32,403 nt of DNA from a virus (lineage: Duplodnaviria; Caudoviricetes): IMG/VR virus record IMGVR_UViG_3300037483_001810, positions 1-32,403 of that record; one strand, written 5' to 3'. The notes beneath the pieces were generated by a model that was given only the letters and a program-made list of their open reading frames with translations, ran no database searches and was not told where the DNA came from. Within the stretch, counting starts at the first letter, position 1. Each line of letters begins with the position of its first letter. Both the position numbers and the translations under genes were made by a program. Shown piece after piece: positions 18,221 through 26,180 of the stretch.

Positions 18221-19156
18221 TTACGTCTTTGGGGGTTCGTCTTCGGGACGGGTGTCAGGGTCGACGACTGGGGTAGCCGTCTCGGGTTTTTCCTGTTCGG
18301 GACGGGTGAGGGTATCACCGAGAAGCTCGGCGGCGGCGGCGGTAGCGGTGCGAACGTTGCGGCCGGCGATGTAACGCAATGTTGTGTCTATTGATCGGTG
18401 ACCTAGCAGTTGTTGGACGTCCTGGACGGGTGCGCCTGCTTCTAGAGCCAGTGTGGCAGCGGTGTGCCGCAGAGTGTGGGGTGTGCATTTTTCGATGTCG
18501 ACCGAGGCGGCGAGTTCGACTATTACTTCCCAGCCGGCCCGTCGTGATAGTGGCCGACCGTCGGAGGTTAGAAGGATGGGCCCATCTTTGCGGTCGCCGA
18601 CTGTGCGCCGTATAGCCTCGAGAACTGGGGGAGACAAAGGTTTCGCTTGACGGTGGCCGCCCTTCACGGTCACTGTCAACACGTCGTCGGTGATGTCCTC
18701 CAGGCGGGCAGTACAGGCCTCTGCGATTCGCAGGCCAATACCCACCATCAACCACACTAGTGCATGCGTAGCAGACGACCGTGTCCGGGCAGCGGCGATC
18801 AACACACGGGCTTGGGTGGCGGTCAGCCCTAACTTCTGTGGTCCTTCCCCTTTGGGCCGTCTCAAAAGATCGGTAGGATCTGAGTCCACAATCCCCTCGG
18901 CGGTGAGATAATCGAACAGTGAACTGACAGCTGACGCTTTTCGCCGCACCGTCGCCTCGGCTAGACCGGTCTCGAGCAGGCCGGCCAGCCAACGCTGCAC
19001 CACCGGTCGTGTCACCGCCAGCAACCCCATATTCTTAATGTCCAGATAGGCGAGGAACTGGGTTATATCAGTGGTATACCCGCGACGGGTACCCGACGGA
19101 TACGCAGCCAGCCAATCGGCTATCAACCCGCGCACCTCATCCATACTGTCACTCAT
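18221..19156 (-). CDS. Second tyrosine recombinase (XerC/D-like, core-binding plus catalytic domains)
   Basis: Complete catalytic set: GLRIAE (R), VKGG (K), PHTLRH (HxxR), LGH and TLRY (Y). SAM-like N-domain (TRRGYTTDITQF, ATVRRKASAVSSLFDYL). No arm-binding domain. Confidence 0.95.
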   Translation of the reverse strand: MSDSMDEVRGLIADWLAAYPSGTRRGYTTDITQFLAYLDIKNMGLLAVTRPVVQRWLAGLLETGLAEATVRRKASAVSSLFDYLTAEGIVDSDPTDLLRRPKGEGPQKLGLTATQARVLIAAARTRSSATHALVWLMVGIGLRIAEACTARLEDITDDVLTVTVKGGHRQAKPLSPPVLEAIRRTVGDRKDGPILLTSDGRPLSRRAGWEVIVELAASVDIEKCTPHTLRHTAATLALEAGAPVQDVQQLLGHRSIDTTLRYIAGRNVRTATAAAAELLGDTLTRPEQEKPETATPVVDPDTRPEDEPPKT

Positions 19157-19245
19157 CGTCGCCTGTCCCGCCACCGAAATCGTCACTGGAGCTACCGTTT
19201 GTCTTCATATTGCCTGCCTTGCGATATGCGGGAAGAAAATGGACG

Positions 19246-19446
19246 TTATGTTCGCGGCGGGGTGTCGAAAGTTTGGGGCTCAACCTCCGGGTCCGCTGGG
19301 CCGTGCTCTCCCAAATGGGCCACCCTGCGCTCACAATGACCAGTCACAACACCAAAGGTCAGACGGTTATCACCAGTACCTATGCTCTTGGAACTCACCT
19401 CATAATGCGCCATACACATCGCATTCGGATCGAACAAATCACTCAT
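19246..19446 (-). CDS. Small hypothetical protein (cassette)
   Basis: 66 aa, starts at the junction motif with a GAGGT RBS. Confidence 0.55.
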   Translation of the reverse strand: MSDLFDPNAMCMAHYEVSSKSIGTGDNRLTFGVVTGHCERRVAHLGEHGPADPEVEPQTFDTPPRT

Positions 19447-19463
19447 CGATTACCTCTTCCGTT

Positions 19464-19832
19464 TCATGCCCTAATCCACCTTCCATCCTTGATGAACCCA
19501 TGGTCACCACAGAGCCTGCAACACAGAGACGGAGAGAGGGTCAAAGGCTCCTCCTGCACTAGATCCCATTTGGGATCGTCGGGGGAAACGCGGTCAGTTA
19601 CAGGAGTTCTTATCGAGGCATAGGCCTGACACGGCTTCCCATCAGAAGTCAAATGACCTACCGAGACTCCTGCATGAGGTTCGTCGGGAATGTTAACGTG
19701 TTGAGGGTTGAGATCCCTATCTGGTGCCCACTGCACCCAGGCATACCAATGATCATTACCGAGATCAACGGCATTGGACGGTAGGTGGTCCCAGTCGTGA
19801 TCTCGAAAGTTCTTCGGGTCGTTGTTACTCAT
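19464..19832 (-). CDS. DUF6527-like protein
   Basis: C-terminal PLTLSPSLCCRLCGDHGFIKDGRW matches the TLxPS...C..H.FI..G.W pattern of DUF6527. Confidence 0.65.
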   Translation of the reverse strand: MSNNDPKNFRDHDWDHLPSNAVDLGNDHWYAWVQWAPDRDLNPQHVNIPDEPHAGVSVGHLTSDGKPCQAYASIRTPVTDRVSPDDPKWDLVQEEPLTLSPSLCCRLCGDHGFIKDGRWIRA

Positions 19833-20019
19833 CGGTTACCTCCTCGAGCCTCATGGCCTTGCCGTCGATCTCTACCGTCCCGCCATCAAGCAGAGCAAAG
19901 AAAGCGTCGATTCCGGTAGCGACGAGTGCCTCGTCGAGTGCCGCTGGACTACCGAGCATTGAGCGCGCTCTCCTCATACGCTCTGAAGATGCGTAGATTC
20001 TCCACGTGGTGTCACTCAT
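19825..20019 (-). CDS. Small hypothetical protein (cassette)
   Basis: MSDTTWRIY...EEVTDE, 64 aa, with the junction motif at both ends. Confidence 0.7.
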   Translation of the reverse strand: MSDTTWRIYASSERMRRARSMLGSPAALDEALVATGIDAFFALLDGGTVEIDGKAMRLEEVTDE

Positions 20020-20269
20020 CGGTAACCTCCAACGCGGCTCGCAATACCGCGGCGACAACCGGAGGCAGATCCCAATCCTCATTAGGGAACCAGGTTTCAA
20101 GCTCGGTGCATCCCCGTTCGATCATCGCCTCATCGACCCTAACCTCCCGGCCACCAGGACACCCAGGTGCCATACACATCCAAAAACCTTGCGGTCCCAA
20201 CCGATACCTCCACCTCAACACATGTCCGCAAGGTTGGCCGTGATCCCGCATACTCAAGATGTCACTCAT
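20012..20269 (-). CDS. Small Cys-containing hypothetical protein (cassette)
   Basis: MSDILSMRDHGQPCGH...CMAPGCPGG...LEVTDE, 85 aa. Confidence 0.7.
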   Translation of the reverse strand: MSDILSMRDHGQPCGHVLRWRYRLGPQGFWMCMAPGCPGGREVRVDEAMIERGCTELETWFPNEDWDLPPVVAAVLRAALEVTDE

Positions 20270-20460
20270 CGGTAACCCCACATCACCGCTGGTTCTGAGG
20301 CACACCACTTACAGAAAAGTGCCAGTGCCTCGCCGCCAACTGTCTCACCGCTCTCCTCCTCATAGACAATGTAAAGAGGAACATGACGACGACACCCATA
20401 ACACCTAACGGGCGACAGAGCAAGGCTTGGGAGAAAATCCTCTCTGGTTGTGTCACTCAT
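20266..20460 (-). CDS. Small zinc-ribbon protein (cassette)
   Basis: MSDTTREDF...CYGC...CKWC, 64 aa. Confidence 0.7.
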   Translation of the reverse strand: MSDTTREDFLPSLALSPVRCYGCRRHVPLYIVYEEESGETVGGEALALFCKWCASEPAVMWGYR

Positions 20461-20700
20461 CGGTGCTCCTCCGGGTAGCGGTCGACGACGATCAGGTAGG
20501 CGTCGGTCATCCGACACGGGACCCCGGCTGTCGCTGCCTGTTCGAGGTAGTACGAGTGCCAGCAGTAGCCGAGCTGGTGGTCGATAGCGCCGGCGTCTTG
20601 TGCTTCATGTTCGAGACACCAGCGGAGAGACAGATCCGTTACCTGTTGGATGAGATCGTTCCTATGGTCGAGCGCTTCTCAAACTCACAACGTCACTCAT
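20457..20700 (-). pseudogene. Frameshifted small cassette gene
   Basis: Strong RBS and ATG at 20700 give MSDVVSLRSARP then a stop. The +1 frame continues EALDHRNDLIQQVTDLSLRWCLEHEAQ...YCWHSYY...PCRMTDAYLIVVDRYPEEHR to a stop coupled to the next ATG. Span is 244 nt (3n+1). Confidence 0.7.
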
Positions 20701-20897
20701 CGGTCACCTCCTTGTTTCCAATCATGTTTGTCACACCACATACGGTTTTTGTTCGCATAACGGGGACACCACACAAACCCTGGAGCCCAAACACACCGTT
20801 CAAATATTGGGGCAGGTTTGATAAACAGTGAGCGAATCTCATATCCGACCCGGTAGCAGGCCAAAAGCAGAATCGGCTGTCTACGGTTCTTTTTCAT
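20697..20897 (-). CDS. Small basic Cys/His protein
   Basis: 66 aa with RCVWAPGFVWCPRY...WCDKH; its stop lies inside the junction motif. Confidence 0.6.
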   Translation of the reverse strand: MKKNRRQPILLLACYRVGYEIRSLFIKPAPIFERCVWAPGFVWCPRYANKNRMWCDKHDWKQGGDR

Positions 20898-20916
20898 GTC
20901 GAACCTTTCCCGGAAG

Positions 20917-21018
20917 TCATCCCCATATCAGCCATCCCAAAACAATCCCAACTCCTACCCCATACGAGGCGAACAAGATCATCACGATAAGCATCGGACT
21001 GCGGTTGTCGTCGGTCAT
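20917..21018 (-). CDS. Tiny single-pass membrane protein (33 aa)
   Basis: AAGGA RBS and ATGA overlap; MTDDNRSPMLIVMILFASYGVGVGIVLGWLIWG. Confidence 0.55.
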   Translation of the reverse strand: MTDDNRSPMLIVMILFASYGVGVGIVLGWLIWG

Positions 21019-21497
21019 TGGGGGTTCCTTTCTGAGAGTGGGTGACCGCACCAGGCGCAGTGACGGGGCCATGAAATGTCAATTGGGTGGTGGCAGTGGC
21101 GGCATAACGATCGTGCTGCTATCTGGGTGCGTAGGTGGATGAATCCGGCTAATGCGTCGGCACGGCGGGCAATGTGGTCGAGTTCTCGGGTGAGGAGGTT
21201 GTGGGCGTAGACGGGGGTTGGGTCAAACGCCCGGTCGGCTGCCGAACCTGACACACGTTCCCGGTCGGGTCGGATGGCCTGGTTCGCGGACGAGAGCAGG
21301 GCCAGTGTGTCGACTCGGTTCAGATATGCGCGTACTGTGGCAGCGGCGGCTGTATCCAGGTTGGCGACAAAACCCAGCTGGTCGCGGAGTTGGGCGATGG
21401 TCCGGTCTTTGGCTTGCAGGGTGTCTACTAGTTCGGCTCGTTGCCGTTGACAGGTGTCTAGTCGGTCATACAGTGACGGTTGCCGTGATTTCGTCAT
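21015..21497 (-). CDS. Hypothetical protein, coiled coil plus C-terminal zinc ribbon
   Basis: 160 aa with CRHC...CAWCG; coupled to its neighbours. Confidence 0.75.
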   Translation of the reverse strand: MTKSRQPSLYDRLDTCQRQRAELVDTLQAKDRTIAQLRDQLGFVANLDTAAAATVRAYLNRVDTLALLSSANQAIRPDRERVSGSAADRAFDPTPVYAHNLLTRELDHIARRADALAGFIHLRTQIAARSLCRHCHHPIDISWPRHCAWCGHPLSERNPQ

Positions 21498-21718
21498 TTT
21501 CCGGCTGTCTCCCCGTCAAAATGGGTGAGGTGAATCCACACATTTTTGTACAGACCCAACGCCTGGCCGGCAACAATTGGACGGTCACACCGCAAGCAGT
21601 AGCCACCATGCCTGGCCCGAAATGTTGCTTCCGGCATTACGTCGATCAAAGGTGGTATCGGTGTGTGCCCGTCACAGAGGACACATGTGCCCGGATCCAT
21701 CAAATGTAAATCACACAT
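21494..21718 (-). CDS. Small zinc-binding protein
   Basis: MCDLHLMDPGTCVLC...FRARHGGYCLRCDRPIVAG...WIH. Confidence 0.7.
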   Translation of the reverse strand: MCDLHLMDPGTCVLCDGHTPIPPLIDVMPEATFRARHGGYCLRCDRPIVAGQALGLYKNVWIHLTHFDGETAGK

Positions 21719-22142
21719 GAGATGTCGACGTTTTTTGGCGGGTCTCACCGACGGTGGGAAGGCTGGAGGCCAGACCGGTGCGTGTGGCATCACAGGCAAC
21801 ACAGATTGCTTCGCGCATTCCGCCTGGCAGATGGAAGATGGCCCAGCGGGGATGATGACAGTAGTTTGGGTCGGTTGGGTCCACCCCCTCAGGCACATTT
21901 GTTCTCGAGTGTGCTTTGGCAGCAGCTAACAGTTCTGATGGGGACGGCGCCGATTTGCGGCCCTGCTCGTACAGTTCGTGGACGGCCCGCCATAACGCCC
22001 GTTCCGGCAACCGTGCAAAGTCGGGGAACAGGGAGGCAACCCGTTCAGCTGAGGCCAGCCAGCGGGTACCCGGCCAGCGGGTATCAATCCACTCCAAAAT
22101 GTCGGCAAACGTGTCCTCAGACAGACGATGCACCAAAGTCAT
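21711..22142 (-). CDS. Putative helicase loader/inhibitor-like protein (G39P / lambda P position)
   Basis: Helical domain ending ALWRAVHELYEQGRKSAPSPSELL, downstream of the replication initiator; C-terminal Cys/His cluster. Confidence 0.5.
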   Translation of the reverse strand: MTLVHRLSEDTFADILEWIDTRWPGTRWLASAERVASLFPDFARLPERALWRAVHELYEQGRKSAPSPSELLAAAKAHSRTNVPEGVDPTDPNYCHHPRWAIFHLPGGMREAICVACDATRTGLASSLPTVGETRQKTSTSHV

Positions 22143-22408
22143 GGTCGGCCACCGGTCAACGTTTCTAACCGGTCGGCTACGTCCGGGCCGAGGAAGGTGG
22201 CAGCCACCCCCCGTAATACAGCCATGGCTGTGTTGGCACTGGTCATCGCATACTGGTCTTTGTCGAACAAAGCTTGGGCGCGGACGTCCAACCAGCCGGC
22301 TGTCCGATCAAACAAATACAGTTCCAACAGGCTGCCGGTCAGTTCAGTGGATGGTTCACCCGCTTCGATACGTCGACGGGTTTCCGCCAGGTCGGTGGCC
22401 GGGTGCAT
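22139..22408 (-). CDS. Hypothetical protein
   Basis: 89 aa, coupled on both sides. Confidence 0.7.
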   Translation of the reverse strand: MHPATDLAETRRRIEAGEPSTELTGSLLELYLFDRTAGWLDVRAQALFDKDQYAMTSANTAMAVLRGVAATFLGPDVADRLETLTGGRP

Positions 22409-23340
22409 CAGCTTGACCCTCGGGCAACCTGACGGATCGCATCACGGCGACGTTGCCGCATGGTGGCCGCCTGAAATTCGTCACGGTCCACATCGGAAAC
22501 GGCTGTCAACGGATTCGATGAATGGAATCGTCGCCAATGCTTCGCCAACGAAGACAATGTCAACTTGCCTACCCCCCACTCGAGCACCAGCCGCTGGGCG
22601 ATCGGGTGTACTTCGTCCGGGTCGATGTCGGCTTCCAACAGCTCAGCCTGAAATCGGCCTTGCAGTTTTGCTTGTGTCGTGGATGGTTCCGATCCGACTG
22701 CTTCGGAAATGGCATTCCACATTCGGTCTCGGTCCAGTTTCGAAATTGGTGGCGGTCGAGATAGATCGACCGTAGGGAGATCTATCTCTCTGGTGGGAGC
22801 GGGAGCGGTCTCTTTAGAAACCGGCCCTGTGGCGCGCGCTGAGGACGTCCCACAGGGCCGGTCTAAACCTGAGGTTGAAACCGGTACTGTGGGACCGGTC
22901 ATAACGTCGGGGGAAACGCCTGGTAGGGGGGGTGTCGGCCCGTCGTTTTGACGTGAATCGTCCAAATTTGGTGTCCCAATTTCTAACCCGGTCCCAGAGG
23001 GCCGGGTAAGGTTTGGGACATCAATTTCTTGGTGATCTTGCCCGCATACACACTCACCGGTGTACCGGTTGGGCACGTGCAACTGATATTCTTGAGCTTC
23101 ACGGCGCCGCCGGCCCAGCACCTCAACAAAACCTAACGCGATGAGCCGATCCAAGTTTTTGCGGACGGCCCGGTCTGAACTCACCGACGTGTACTCGGCC
23201 AGCATGAGCTCCGGTACTTTGGCGTAACCGACGTCGTTGGCCTGATCGGCAAACGCCACCAACAGCAGTTTCAGATGGCCGGGTAGTTGGCGGCCTTCGT
23301 GACGGGCCACCCAAGCGTGTGGTGTGACATGATGACTCAC
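22408..23340 (-). CDS. Phage replication initiator (N-terminal winged HTH)
   Basis: KLLLVAFADQANDVGYA...LAEYTSVSSDRAVRKNLDRLIALGFVE, then a low-complexity linker with DNA repeats and a helical C-domain. Confidence 0.8.
   Translation of the reverse strand: MSHHVTPHAWVARHEGRQLPGHLKLLLVAFADQANDVGYAKVPELMLAEYTSVSSDRAVRKNLDRLIALGFVEVLGRRRREAQEYQLHVPNRYTGECVCGQDHQEIDVPNLTRPSGTGLEIGTPNLDDSRQNDGPTPPLPGVSPDVMTGPTVPVSTSGLDRPCGTSSARATGPVSKETAPAPTREIDLPTVDLSRPPPISKLDRDRMWNAISEAVGSEPSTTQAKLQGRFQAELLEADIDPDEVHPIAQRLVLEWGVGKLTLSSLAKHWRRFHSSNPLTAVSDVDRDEFQAATMRQRRRDAIRQVARGSS
22820..23006. repeat. Iteron-like repeats, probable replication origin
   Basis: ACCGGCCCTGTGG (22820) and CCACAGGGCCGGT (22850) form an inverted pair; related ACCGGTACTGTGGGACCGGT (22880) and CCCGGTCCCAGAGGGCCGGG (22987). 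Confidence 0.55.
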
Positions 23341-23346
23341 AGGTTG

Positions 23347-23721
23347 TTACCCCCGGTAGTAGGCGTGTACGGTTCCGTCGTCGTGGCAGTCGATCGACCA
23401 TTGCACCCGGCCGGCCGTTTTCGGGTGGCAGGGCTGGTCGTCGAGTTCGAGATTGAAAACTCCGTCGCGGAGTAGAACACCCAACAGAATGGCGACCGGG
23501 TCAACTAGCAGACCGGCCTCTACCACTTCACGGATGACTGTCATAGCGGCTGTGATCCTGTCGGAGCGTTTCCGGGCGGTGGTTCGGCCATCCGGCAGTA
23601 CCCGAACTTTGTGACCGTCTACGACGACGTCGTGGGCGCTCTCATGGGAATGGGTAGACCGGAGGGTTTGGACTGTTGCCTCTCCCACCAGTCGGGGATC
23701 ATGATGGGTTTGCCAGGTCAC
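23347..23721 (-). CDS. Hypothetical protein
   Basis: GTG start overlapping the ParB-like gene stop; 124 aa. Confidence 0.65.
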   Translation of the reverse strand: MTWQTHHDPRLVGEATVQTLRSTHSHESAHDVVVDGHKVRVLPDGRTTARKRSDRITAAMTVIREVVEAGLLVDPVAILLGVLLRDGVFNLELDDQPCHPKTAGRVQWSIDCHDDGTVHAYYRG

Positions 23722-25049
23722 AACCCCACCTCCAACTGTTCGGGTTCGGTGAAGCCGCATGCATCGAGGAAGCCGGTATGGTTCACCAGGTCGGCTTCAC
23801 TGCGGCGATGATGTGTGTTCGACTTTTCACCGACCGCCAACACGACAGCCAACGCTGTAGAGGTTGGATCCGCCTCGAACCTCTCTAACAACACTGTGAC
23901 CGGATCAGCCTTGGTGGCCTGTCCGAGCAGGTTCAGCACCGGGGCGGCCAGGAACCGTTCCGAATCGATCAGCAGGCGGATCGCCTGTGAGAACACCTGA
24001 CCGGTCGGCACATCCGCCGGGTTGGTGAGGAGCTTCCGGTAAAAGACGTCCCGCTGTTTCTTTGCTTCCTCGTCGCGCGTCGCCTTTTCAGCCCGTTGCT
24101 GCTGCTGGGCGGCACGGGTTTGCTGTTCGGTCAACCAATCGTCAGCGACCTTCGCCGGTGAGTCACCGTCTGGGTAGTGGCGGGCCGGTGACAGGCAATA
24201 CCAGTTCACCGTGACAGTACGTAGCCCCTGTTCCCACCCGTCAACCACCCGAAACCGGGAACATGGCTCTGACCGGTGGGCGTCACCATCGACCGGAAGA
24301 AAGAAAGGTGAAACCAGTTTGGCAGTGCGGGCCTCATCCAAACCGAGTTCCACAGCACCCGACGTTTCCGCCTCTACAGTAAGCTGTCGTCTCATCGTGG
24401 TGAGGTTGGCTTCCCGCACCCGACTTGAAATCGTCGTCTCAACCTCGTGCGGGTCAGGGTCGTCAGACTCGAGAATGTCGGTGATGTCGGTGAGGAGACC
24501 CGTCTGGTCGATACCGGCCGTATCCAACGCTTTCGCCAGTTGGTAGCCGTCCTCCACCCTCACCGAACCCGACCTCACATGAGACGCCACATCGGCCGGT
24601 AACGCCAACAGGCGAAGGCGTTTCGACACATGCCCTTTCGACCGGGCCACCCGTTCTGCAATGTCCGACTGGGTCCACCCCAGCCGAAGCAGCTCCCCGT
24701 AGCCGGCAGCTTCGTCAACCGGATCCAAATCAGCCCGATGCAAATTCTCGACCAGTTGCGTCGCCCGGGCGTCCTCCTCCAAAACCAGATCAGGACGGAG
24801 AACAGCCGGAATAGTTGTATCGCCGGCGACAATCGCAGCCGCCAACCGTCGGTGACCGGTAACCAATATCCACTCACCTGTACGGTCAGGATGAACCCGA
24901 ACGGTGACCGGTTGCAACACCCCGATCTGACGGATCGATTCCGCCAAATCAGTCAAATCACCCAGACTGGTACGCGGGTTACCCGGATCAGGCCACACCT
25001 TCTCAACCGGCAGCAACGCCGTAGACGGGGCAACATGCCCGGATTTCAT
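23718..25049 (-). CDS. ParB/RepB/Spo0J-family protein
   Basis: PDPGNPR, LAESIRQIGVLQPVTV, LVTGHRRLAAA, LVENLHRADLDPVDEA and HTH TQSDIAERVARSKGHVSKRLRLL. Confidence 0.93.
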   Translation of the reverse strand: MKSGHVAPSTALLPVEKVWPDPGNPRTSLGDLTDLAESIRQIGVLQPVTVRVHPDRTGEWILVTGHRRLAAAIVAGDTTIPAVLRPDLVLEEDARATQLVENLHRADLDPVDEAAGYGELLRLGWTQSDIAERVARSKGHVSKRLRLLALPADVASHVRSGSVRVEDGYQLAKALDTAGIDQTGLLTDITDILESDDPDPHEVETTISSRVREANLTTMRRQLTVEAETSGAVELGLDEARTAKLVSPFFLPVDGDAHRSEPCSRFRVVDGWEQGLRTVTVNWYCLSPARHYPDGDSPAKVADDWLTEQQTRAAQQQQRAEKATRDEEAKKQRDVFYRKLLTNPADVPTGQVFSQAIRLLIDSERFLAAPVLNLLGQATKADPVTVLLERFEADPTSTALAVVLAVGEKSNTHHRRSEADLVNHTGFLDACGFTEPEQLEVGL

Positions 25050-25414
25050 ATGCCACGCTCCGAAATCAGCTTCCACACCAGAGCCGCCGCATCCGTATCT
25101 TCCCGCACCATCTGTTCACCAGCCCGTTGCAGCCGACGCAAATGACGTTCCGATACACCCAACTGGGCGGCCACCACCAACCGTCGAACCTCAAAATGAT
25201 GGCGGGCGACAAAAGCCACCAGCCGGCGGGCCCGGAGCGCGCCGGCTGTCCGCGTCCCATCCGACACAGACTCCTCCGACGTGCCCACCGCCGCAGCAAC
25301 CCGACCGATCAGATCAAGAAAGGCAGGGTCGAGGACAGGAAGGGGAATCCTCGACCCTGCGTGGCAGGAACCGGGCTGCAAAGATCCCGGTGAGGGTCCT
25401 GCCAAAACAGTCAT
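25046..25414 (-). CDS. DnaA domain-IV-like (TrpR-fold) HTH protein
   Basis: VAAAVGTSEESVSDGTRTAGALRARRLVAFVARHHFEVRRLVVAAQLG parallels the DnaA C-terminal DNA-binding domain pattern. Confidence 0.6.
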   Translation of the reverse strand: MTVLAGPSPGSLQPGSCHAGSRIPLPVLDPAFLDLIGRVAAAVGTSEESVSDGTRTAGALRARRLVAFVARHHFEVRRLVVAAQLGVSERHLRRLQRAGEQMVREDTDAAALVWKLISERGI

Positions 25415-25459
25415 ATCAAACGCGTCGCGGACGAGTTCACGACGCCTCCGACAACGCAC

Positions 25460-25675
25460 CTATGCAGTACGGGCACGGTCGGCCCCTTCCTTGTAGAGGG
25501 TCTGGGCGATATCGGGGTTCTGTTGGAGCTCGTCGCGGAGGTCGCACGCTTCTCGCTCAGAGGTTGTTTTCCCAACGATGACCGGGTGGCCGGCCCAGGT
25601 TTCTCGTATCCCGATGAGGAACCATTTGGTGTCGGGGGCGAACGCTTCTTGCTCCTCATACACCGAAACGATCAC
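25460..25675 (-). CDS. Hypothetical protein
   Basis: 71 aa, GTGA-coupled start, plausible composition. Confidence 0.6.
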   Translation of the reverse strand: MIVSVYEEQEAFAPDTKWFLIGIRETWAGHPVIVGKTTSEREACDLRDELQQNPDIAQTLYKEGADRARTA

Positions 25676-25830
25676 GAGGCGGCCACCTTCTTGACCGTCT
25701 GCCGAGTCCGACGGCGCATCACGCGCTCACCGAGCACCTTGCAGATGGCTTCGGGAGCGGGTTGGCGGTCGAATGTTGAGCGCATGCCCTGCCCCGCCAA
25801 GCCAAGCCCTGCCGGGCCCTGCACAGCCTG

Positions 25831-25873
25831 TGGGTGGGGAGACCGCCACTTCCCAGAACGGTCTCCCCACCCA
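25831..25873. terminator. 15-bp perfect inverted repeat in the early operon
   Basis: TGGGTGGGGAGACCG / CGGTCTCCCCACCCA with a 13-nt loop. Confidence 0.5.
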
Positions 25874-25898
25874 ACCCTTGCCGTCGTCCGGTTCATGC

Positions 25899-26180
25899 CT
25901 AGTTTCCGCCAGAAACCGCGCACGGACGACAAACCAAACCCAACACGGTGCGACGAAAAACACCAACCCGGTCGCGGTCACCACAAACCGGGCAACAGGC
26001 CGGGTCTAACAGGTTTTCGGGTGGGGTAGCAGGCGCTGGTGTCGGTACAGGCGGAGGCGGAGAACCTCCATCATCAGCCTGGCCGACCACTCCCACCCCA
26101 CCCGAAACGTTGAACACCCCGAAACGTTGACGACCGAGACTGACCCTGGTCGCTGTGTAACGGTCGAGACGGTACAACAT
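25899..26180 (-). CDS. Hypothetical Pro-rich protein with a C-terminal CxxC pair
   Basis: GGAGG RBS and TAATG coupling; CPVC...CRPC. Confidence 0.6.
   Translation of the reverse strand: MLYRLDRYTATRVSLGRQRFGVFNVSGGVGVVGQADDGGSPPPPVPTPAPATPPENLLDPACCPVCGDRDRVGVFRRTVLGLVCRPCAVSGGN

Larger units (their letters stand above)
19147..20711 (-). repeat. Seven copies of a gene-junction motif, consensus GGAGGT(A/T/G)ACCGATGAGTGAC
   Basis: Copies at the ATGs at 19156, 19446, 19832, 20019, 20269, 20460 and 20700. TGTCACTCATCGGTAACC (18 bp) is identical at 20010 and 20260. Confidence 0.9.

Noticed and set aside
19147-20711. CRISPR array or classical attC integron
   Set aside because: The spacers are 190-390-bp coding genes, the repeats are short and degenerate, no attC-like hairpins were seen, and there are no cas genes.
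25672-25984. ORFs spanning the hairpin and pentamer tract
   Set aside because: Several competing frames with repeat-driven composition; only the last ~37 codons (MRSTFDRQ...) might be real.
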